Shown here one piece after another: positions 55,405-64,000 of a stretch of 64,000 bases of DNA. The position numbers and the translations under genes are program-made. Position 1 is the stretch's first letter, and every line of letters begins with the position of its first letter. This DNA comes from Octopus sinensis (taxonomy: Eukaryota): NCBI RefSeq assembly GCF_006345805.1, contig NC_043004.1:1922001-1986000 (forward strand), written 5' to 3'. The notes beneath the pieces are model-generated. The model made no database searches. It worked only from the letters and a program-made list of their open reading frames with translations, and was not told the origin of the DNA.

Positions 55405-55685
55405 GACGGTGAGCTGGCAGGGTCGATAGCACGCTGGGCGAAATACGTAATCTGTTTGTCTGTCCTTGTTTGTCCTCCCTGTGTTTAGCCCCTTGTGAGT
55501 AGTAAAGAAATAGGTATTTCGTCTGTCTTTATGTTCTGAGTTCAAATACCGCCGAGGTCGACTTTGCCATTCATCCTTTCAGGGTCGATAAATTAAGTAC
55601 CAGTCGCGTACTTAAGTCGGTCTAATCGACTCTCCCCATCACTCCCATCCAAATTTCATGTCTTGTGCCTATAGTAGAAAGGATT
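55405..55685 (+). mobile_element. SINE family B (rearranged)
   Basis: Head, linker tttagccccttgtg..taaagaaatag and central domain are present. Confidence 0.88.
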
Positions 55686-55879
55686 GTTAATCTAGTTATA
55701 AAATAAATCAAAACCATTTTTACATTTTCTTTAGCCTACATTATACATAGCGTTTTTAGCAATAATTATCACAACCCTGTCCTGGTACCTAGTTTATACT
55801 TCAATTCGGTTTACTAAGTGAGAGAGTACAGTTTTATATTTAAGAGTTGGGGAATAATATTGATAATAATAATAATAAC

Positions 55880-56065
55880 ATAGAAAAATACCTTAGGAAT
55901 GAGAACCCAGGTTCGAAATTTCCCGAGACACCTGATGTAGGCTGGAGGGTATATCAGCCGAAACGTTATGTTAACAACAAACAAGATGAGGACAAATATC
56001 CGTCAAATGTCTATAATGTAAATAATGTACATAATTCCTCATCTCTTAAATATAGAACTGTACAG
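55880..56065 (+). mobile_element. Penelope-like terminal repeat with hammerhead remnant at 55927-55972
   Basis: GACAC CUGAUGU A GGCUG GAGGGUAUAU CAGCC GAAAC GUU AUGUU. Same family as 35944-36195. Confidence 0.8.
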
Positions 56066-56802
56066 GATTTTTGTTTGAGATTGATTGTGTTTGGTTGGTT
56101 GGATATATACTATAGTTTTGATTATTGGTTATGATTGACTTTTGGATAGCCAGCGAGTGATGAATATTCAAACACTCGCTGACACACACGTTCTTACTGG
56201 ACGGATTTAGGCACAGTTTTCATCTATCAAATTTATGAACAAGGCATTGGTCGGGCAGAGACGTGGAACGCACTCGCCATTTTGGGATGATGAACCAGAA
56301 ACCACACTGTTTCAGTACATATATGTTTGATATATATATATATATATATATAAAGAAACATTGGTCATAGAACAAACATCAAATTCCAGTCAACGACTTT
56401 ATACATAACACCACATCTCAAACACTGAATTATATATAAGTAATTATTACAATATATTTTAAACATATAAATATATACATATACATAGAAACACAGGAGA
56501 TGAAAATATGTATACGAATAAAATACAAATATATAGAACGGCCGATTAAAAAAGTAAATGTAATCGACTAAAAACTCAGAGAAATTTTAAAGTGTGTTAT
56601 GCTACGAAAAACTAATATACTAAGATAAAATAAAATAAAATATCAATCGACTAAAAATGTTTTTTTTTTAAATAAGATGTTAGTTCTATGATCAGTGTTT
56701 CTTTAACTTTGTCTCGTTTACACATAACTTCTTTTTTGCAGTCCTATAATCCCTTTTGTTTACATAAAAAGAGACAAATATTACTGCTTCTCGCATATAT
56801 AT

Positions 56803-56861
<59 letters not shown>

Positions 56862-57500
56862 TTATATATATAACTAGTAACAGACATGTACAGGTGGAAA
56901 CTTGATATTCAAATAATATTGATGAGGCGTGCGGACTATACCGTACTAGCAAGGTGTCTCAATTTAAGTACCTAATCCAACTAAATCTTCATTATATTGT
57001 GTATATATATATATATATATAACATATATATGTGTGTGTGTGTGTGTGTTATAGATAGATAGAAAGATAGATAGATATGTAGGAAAAGCAGATGTGTTAT
57101 TGAATTACTCGATATATATGTGTGTGTGTGAGAGAGAGTGTGTGAGGGTCTTTGCGTGTATGTGTGTCGGGGTATATGAAGATGTTTACTGGGGTAAGGA
57201 GATAGTTCCATGAATAGAAAGGGTGGAACTGAAAGATTGATTCAAAGGAAAGAGGGAAAAAGGAAAGAAGGAGATGTAGATAGATAGAAACCACATATTC
57301 ACAATCATATACAAACATATACATATATACATGTTAGGGAGAGTAACAGAGATGAAGATATGCATACCAAATGGTATATGCAGGATGTGCAGTTGGAGAG
57401 AAATTCGTGGTTCTAGATACATACCTACATACATACGTACATGTATTCAGATATATGTGCGGCTGTGTGTGCGTGCATGCGTATATACAAGCATTTATAC

Positions 57501-57586
<86 letters not shown>

Positions 57587-57954
57587 TACACACACACACA
57601 TATATATATACGGACATAAATATATATATATATATATACACACACACAATGTTAGTAAGATATATAGAGAGATAAAAAGGAAATGGGTAGTGGATATTCA
57701 AACACGATTTGTCATAAAAAATATGAAAATATTTCGAAATTTAAGAATATGAATAAAAAAAAAGGAGGATAATTCAGTTATATTCCATAATGGCTTGAGA
57801 TGAGTTTGCATCACTGAAAGAAAATGCATTATAGAAAGAAGGAAGCAAAATTAATAGGAAAATATATCCACACATATACACTCAGTGCCCCTGCAAACGT
57901 ATGATTATGTGTATAAAATACAAAACAAAAATACATCAGTATCGACATTATATG

Positions 57955-58075
57955 CTACGTCACGTAGGAGAAAATGCGCAAGCGTGAGCAAGGCAGCCAA
58001 TCACATTCCGACATACACGAGTAGCTAAACATATAAATACACACAACACTATAAGCGTAAAGTACTTATTCACGT
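57955..58075 (+). promoter_or_regulatory. Candidate Pol II promoter
   Basis: Palindromic CRE-like ctacgtcacgtag (57955-57967), AGCCAATCA (CCAAT 57997) and TATAAATA (58032) in canonical order and spacing, in unique CpG-richer DNA. Confidence 0.4.
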
Positions 58076-58560
58076 CTGAACTGCAGTCGGGTTCAGTGAA
58101 ATGTATTCGTTAAGTCAGATCCGTTTGTGTGCACGTTGCGCTATTGCCGGCTTACAAATAAGATGTATGCTCCAAGATTCGACACATGCACAAATCTTTA
58201 CACACACATACGTTGTCATAAATAGATGAGTAATGTTTATTTTGAAAATTGCTTCTCTGTAGGGGTGATGCGAAGTGCGAAGTACACACAATTTGTCGTG
58301 AAATTTATTCCTGGTCATGAAGCCAGCGAGATTTGCTCGCTTGGTCTCCTATTCTTCGCCGACGAAAATCCCAACCCATGCCATCTCCAAACAGACGCTT
58401 TGAAAATAACGCTGTATCTTGGACTGCTAAAGTTAAGTTCAATATATGATGGTCTTTGGATCACTAATGGCTATTATTTCCTATTTCCTAGTCAATCCTC
58501 TCTCTCCTCATCTCTGTGTGTGCGTCTCTCTCTTTCTCTTGCTCTCTCTCTCTCTATATA

Positions 58561-58632
<72 letters not shown>

Positions 58633-59289
58633 TGCCATTGTGTGCAAGCGTGTGCATTGGGTCTCTTTGTTTGCCATTGTTTATCATTGATAATTAATTT
58701 CACTGCCTGACGTATTTGAATTTGTGTCAGCCAGATTTTACATTGTTTTCATTTACTTCTGTTCAGTCCACTCAGGTCTTCATTAATGAATTCTGACCTT
58801 ATTAAAATGTACACACACACACACACGTTTCTGTGTCCGTGTGTTTGTGTGCGCGCACGCTTCACTATAGCAGACGCAAGATATTATTGTGACATTATTT
58901 TCATATTTTCACAAATTTAAGTCATGAAGGATTTTAAAGTATTTTCACATTGTTGTTCCACAAGTAATATTCTCAGACTTTTCTACCCCGTCAACTCAGT
59001 CAAACCCCCCCCCCTGTATTTATAAGTCGACTGTGAAATTTGTTTTCTTTCTTCATATCAGCTTATAAAAGAAAGTTAACAATTGCAATGTAAACTTATA
59101 TGTGAAGTAGTTAAACCTTCGACTAAAACAGCTGACAAAGTTTTACAGATTGCATCGGAGCACGTTTAGATGAAATAATTGTAAGTAGAATGACGATGAT
59201 AAATATGGTTTATCTCAACACAAATCTTGATGAATGAAATTCATAAATTCTAAAATGCTTCGAATAGCATTAGAATATTGCTTTTAAGT

Positions 59290-59450
59290 TTTGCAACAAG
59301 GCCAGCAAATTCAGTAGGAGTGGCTAAGTCGATTACATCTACTCAGCGTTCAAATGGTACTTATTTTATCGACCCCAAAATGGTGAAAGGCAAAGTCGAC
59401 CTCAGCGGGATTTGAACTCAGAACGCTGAGCAGTTTTCCCGGCGTGCTCA
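59290..59450 (-). mobile_element. SINE family B
   Basis: ggtacttattttatcgaccccaaaatggtgaaaggcaaagtcgacctcagcgggatttgaactcagaac. Confidence 0.85.
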
Positions 59451-59716
59451 CTGCCATAGTGCATTTAAATATTAGTTCCGTGTTGTTTGACTTCCAGACG
59501 ATAAGTAACAGTTTTAAACATAATGTAACATGATTATATTATTCCCTTTACTCCATGTTAATATTTTCATTCTATAATTTACGAAGTTGAATGTTCACAA
59601 CTGTGGATATTCATCTCAGATTTTGAGTGAAGCAAAGTAAATAAGCCGAAGTGTATAAAACCTTTATTTCAAAAGAAGACGGAACCATAACGTCCATACT
59701 CTTACTAAAGGTAAAA

Positions 59717-60200
59717 CAGGATGTTCAAAAAGTCTCTCCGCAGTAAGTGTTTTATTGCAAAATAGATATTTCTAAGATGATATAAGACTACTAAAGAATA
59801 TATTGGGGTTGGTGCATAATTATTAGGGCTATTTTTTTTTTCAACAAATTTTATTCAATAGAAACAATAACAATATTGAACAAAATCATCTTTAAATGAC
59901 GATCTGACCGTCTGCCAAGCAAATGGGAAACAGTAATTGAAGTAGATGGTGAATATACTCCGGAATAATCATTTAAAGATGTTTTTGTTACACGTTGTTA
60001 TTGTTTTTGCTGAATAAAAAAATTGTTGCAAAAAGCCGAAATAATTATGCCCCAACCCAATATTACATTTTACAAGACTTTAAAAAAATTTAATAAGATG
60101 TGTTGAAATTGTCATCCTTCATTTTCAATACAAAAGTTGACTCTTCTACACATGTTTTGAAATACAAAAATCAGTACGTAGAGACTTTTTGAGTACCCTG
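59717..60200. mobile_element. Tc1-like MITE (outer)
   Basis: TIRs caggatgttcaaaaagtctc (59717) and gagactttttgagtaccctg (60181-60200), followed by TA. Confidence 0.65.
59803..60060 (+). mobile_element. Mariner-derived MITE (inner)
   Basis: TIRs ttggggttggtgcataattatt and aataattatgccccaacccaa with TA on both sides. Internal sequence translates to DRLPSKWETVIEVDGEY, like a mariner C-terminus. Confidence 0.88.
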
Positions 60201-60302
60201 TACGTATATATAGATATAGCGGAACAGCTTTAGTCGGATACCTCCTGGGATTCGGTGCTTTCCAAACAAGTAGAGTTTTAACATCATCACGGTACACACT
60301 TT

Positions 60303-60604
60303 TACTCTTTTACTAGTTTCAGTCATTTGACTGCAGCCATGCTGGAGCACTGCCATTAGGCAAACAAATAATCAACCCAGAGCTTATTCTTTGTAAGCCT
60401 AATACTTATGCTATGGATATCTTTTGATGAACCGCTAAGTTCCGGGGACGAGAACATCGGTTGTCAAGCGATGGTGAGAGGACACACACTCACAAACATA
60501 TATATATGCATACATACATATATATATATATATTTATGTACATATACATATACATACATATATATATATATAATATATATATATATATTTATGTACATAT
60601 ACAT

Positions 60605-60654
<50 letters not shown>

Positions 60655-60810
60655 ATATATATATATAACGGCCTTCTTTCAGTTTCCGTCTGCCAAATCC
60701 ACTTACAAGGCTATAGTAGAAGACACTTGTCAAGGTGACACGCAGTGTGACTGAACCCGGATCTATGTAGTTGGGAAGCAAGCTACTTACCACACAGCCA
60801 CACCTACGCC
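60303..60810 (-). mobile_element. SINE family A with internal microsatellite
   Basis: Reverse complement of 6239-6752. Confidence 0.9.
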
Positions 60811-61086
60811 TATAGCCACTCCTATGTCAAAAGCGTTTTTTTTTAAGTAGCAGCGCCTTATATATTGTAGGGGCAGCTAGAGAGGCAGATTCGATTTGGG
60901 TGGTGATGTTCAGTTCCAATTTCTCTCTTTCTCTGCATTAAAGAGGAAAGGAAGAACGAAAGATTCCGAGTGTGTTTTACGATTGGGAAGAAACATGATT
61001 AGAATGAAGAGGAGAGGAATGGCGACTGGAAATGAGTGCAAGGTTACATGAGAGTATTTGGGAATAGAAGCACAGCCGTTCACTCC

Positions 61087-61280
61087 AGGTGATGTAGAAC
61101 GTCATAACAGTTCCGTGTGACGTAGAACGACAAAACAGTTACGTGTGACGAAGAACAACATAACAGTTCCGTGTGACGAAGAACAACAAAACAATTACGA
61201 GTGACGTACAACGACAAAAAAGTTATGTATGACGTAAAACGACAAAATATTTACGTGTGATGTAGAACGACAAAACAGGT
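61087..61280. repeat. 28-bp minisatellite, 7 copies
   Basis: Consensus gtgtgacgtagaacgacaaaacagttac. Confidence 0.92.
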
Positions 61281-61774
61281 GCTGATGGCTATAAGCGAGG
61301 GAGTCTTTTGCAATGCAATGGAGAACTGGGATTAGTGGAGCTGATACCACTAGTAAATTACTTGTATCAGCGATTTAACGAGAGACTTTGGACAGAACAT
61401 TTTGGCATCTGCATAAAAACACATCTGAAATTAGACGAGTTGCCATAGTATTGTCAGATTACTTCTAGCCGACCCAGTCAACGATCCCAGAAGGAACAAA
61501 AGCTGCTGGTATTAGAGTTTGGTATATATCGTTATCGCTCTGGACCAAAACGAACATTATCAAACTGTCAGCAAACATGAATCAATCATTTTGGAGATTA
61601 GATGTTAGGGCACTTTACTTCAAATTTGCCAATACTTTAACAGGGAAGATTTGGTTGTAACGGTAATATTGCTATGAATCCTGCTTTCGCAGGCACAGTT
61701 TTTAAAAAGGTCAATGAGTTGAATCGAAGAAGTTCCTTACCTAAACATTATTAACAAATACACAAGCAAAGATT

Positions 61775-62108
61775 AAAGACCCCCTTCGGTCATGAATGAC
61801 CATGGAATTGCATCTAGAAAGTTCCCCTCCGCGGCACAAGTCTGAACAAGGTTGTTTATGGAAGACAAATAGTCGCCCATGCATACCAACCTAACTTCTC
61901 CATGCCACCGATGTTATCCACGGGAAAGGCAAAGGGGCCGGTACAGCTAGGCACCAGTGACGTAGCAATTCATTTCTAGAGCTGAGTGAATTGGGGCAAC
62001 GTGAAATAAATTGTTTTGCTCAAGAACACAACTCACAGACCGATTCGAGAATCGAACTCACCATCTCACGATTGTGAAACCGACGCGCTAACTACTGAGC
62101 CATGCACC
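61775..62108 (-). mobile_element. tRNA-derived SINE related to family C but with a different 3' half
   Basis: Minus strand: ggtgcatggctcagtagttagc..gagttcgattc..gtgttcttgagcaaaac..tttcacgttgccccaattcactcagct, with tail gtcattcatgaccgaagggggtcttt. Confidence 0.82.
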
Positions 62109-62289
62109 TATGTAGCTGTGTGTAGAAAAAAACGTATTAGAATTTATATCAACTGTCAATGATTCCCTTCCAGGAACCAGTCATCGCTAAGAATCAAAAG
62201 TGTTGCGCTTGAGGAAAGAATAGTTCCTTATCCTGCCGAATTTCTAAATTCAAGAGACGCTTCTGTTATATCCTAAACACAACTAAACA

Positions 62290-63145
62290 AAATGTCCCCG
62301 ACTTCGCTGCGGAATTTGAACTCCGAATGTAAGTGTACAATTAATATTAACATCTTACCTGAAATCAATTTCCGCCGATGTAGATTTTGCCTTTCATCCC
62401 TTCGGGGTCGATATATGAAGTACCAGCAATCGACTTACGCCCTATCCCAAGATTCAGCCAAAATCTGACACCAATTTTAAGGTCCTATCTTAGGTTGAGG
62501 TAGACAACTGGCAGAAACATTATCTTGCTGTAGAAAATACGTAATAGCATCTCATCCGTTTTTACGTTTTGAGTTGAAATCTCGCCAAGCTCGACTTTCA
62601 CCATTTCGGAGTCGATAAAATAAGTACCAGCTGTATACTGGACGCATATAATAGACTTAACCCCCCCCCCCGCCACCACCACCACCAAGTGCCGGTTATT
62701 TGAAAGTGGCATTAAGTTCCTATCTGTATCAAAACGCATTCGACATCGCAAGGCCTCTAGAAGCGCGTTGGAAAACTTTTATTTCTTAAATGAAAAATAA
62801 CATCTGAAGAGTGATCTGTTAAGCTGAATATACCTTCCTTATGCACAGTTCTTGGCCATCTTCAGCTACTTTACGCCCGGGCATCGCCGCACGTAACCCT
62901 TCTATATTTATGGAAGAAGATTCGAAATCTGAATTTGTATTGGTTTCAGGTTTTGGTATAAGGCTAGCAATTTCGGAGGATAAGTCGATGTAATCGACCC
63001 CAGTGCATAACTGGTACTTATCTTATCGACCTTGAAAGGATGAAAGGCAAAGTCAACATCGGTGAAATTTGAAACCAGAATGCAAAGGCGGACGAAATAC
63101 TGCTAAGCATTTTGTACGGCATCCTAACGATCTTGCCAGCTCCCC
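62290..63145. mobile_element. Cluster of SINE family B copies (+ at about 62360-62660, - at about 62975-63145)
   Basis: The central domain and head are visible in both orientations. Confidence 0.85.
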
Positions 63146-64000
63146 AACTTACTTAGAATCTACATTATAATTCAAGTGTCTGTGTGTTCGTGTGTTCATG
63201 CGCAAGAGTATGTGAACTCTAGCAGGATTTGAACTTAGAATATAAGGGAGCATAACACGATATCGCAGGGAGCTCCATCCAGCATTTTACCAAAATTGAC
63301 ATCCATCGTTTTTGCACGCAGCTTTAGAAATACACTTTATAGAAGAATACTTAGGATTTCAGTTACATCCTCATGATTGTGCATATGCGTCTACTTGCGA
63401 ATGTATATTATTTCATATAGACTCTCTAATACCATTTAATAGGAGGCGGTGTATCCGACTCTAATGCTTGAAGTATTTTCTAAAACAATATATTTGGCAC
63501 CCTAGTCTCTTAGAAGGATTTTTCTTATGCTTTTTCTTTTTAATACCCAAATATTACGTTGGTAATTCTGTGTTCTTTCCTTATGATAGATAAATTTATT
63601 TGTATAGCATGCATGCATAGCTGTCAAAACAACCGACAGCAATTTTCAATTGATTTGCCGCTTTTCCCCTAACACAATATGTTGATATATATATATATTA
63701 TATATATATATATATATATGCATCTATATATGTAGATAGTATGTGTGTATTTGTGTAGAGAGAGAGTGAGTGAAAGGGGGAGGGAACGATTAAAGGCAAA
63801 CATCTTATGATGTTTTTTTGTAGCTTTCTTCTAACACTTATTATTTTCATTGTGCACGTTAGTTCTGTGTGTGTGTGTATATAATATTTATGCATATATG
63901 TATGCGCTTAAGTGCGTAAAAAATAAAATATATGCGTATATATACACCTTACACCTGTATGTATATTTATATTTATTTGTGTGAAATACGTGTGTTTGTA

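Noticed and set aside
61087-61280. CRISPR-like appearance of the 28-bp array
   Set aside because: Units are contiguous with no unique spacers, there are no cas genes, and the context is eukaryotic.
62496-62515. let-7-like tgaggtag; also partial miR-1, miR-190 and miR-219 matches at about 13495, 56321 and 5402
   Set aside because: Matches are partial, have no supporting hairpin, and most lie in SINE or microsatellite context.

Overview
AT-rich, microsatellite-saturated eukaryotic DNA. The SINE families look to me like those of Octopus (cephalopod) genomes; this is inferred from recognition, not from a search. I can support no identifiable protein-coding gene, and almost all ORFs in the supplied track are translations of simple repeats, so the window reads as intronic or intergenic. 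It contains three tRNA-derived SINE families and decayed CR1-type LINEs. It also holds several R4/Dong-type RLE retrotransposon fragments in (TAA)n arrays, Tc1/mariner derivatives and MITEs, a Helitron-like element, a 700-bp tandem duplication and a 28-bp minisatellite. The most notable signal is at least 8 minimal type I hammerhead-ribozyme motifs from about 5-6 unrelated Penelope-like families. Several sit in inverted (palindromic) pairs, one family has a non-canonical CUGUAGA core, and no Penelope ORF is visible. Other leads are an unexplained GC-rich island with codon-like periodicity (49.9-50.5 kb), a promoter-like cluster (58.0 kb) and a few splice-site-defined exon candidates. All alignments, translations and counts were done by eye, so element boundaries are approximate.
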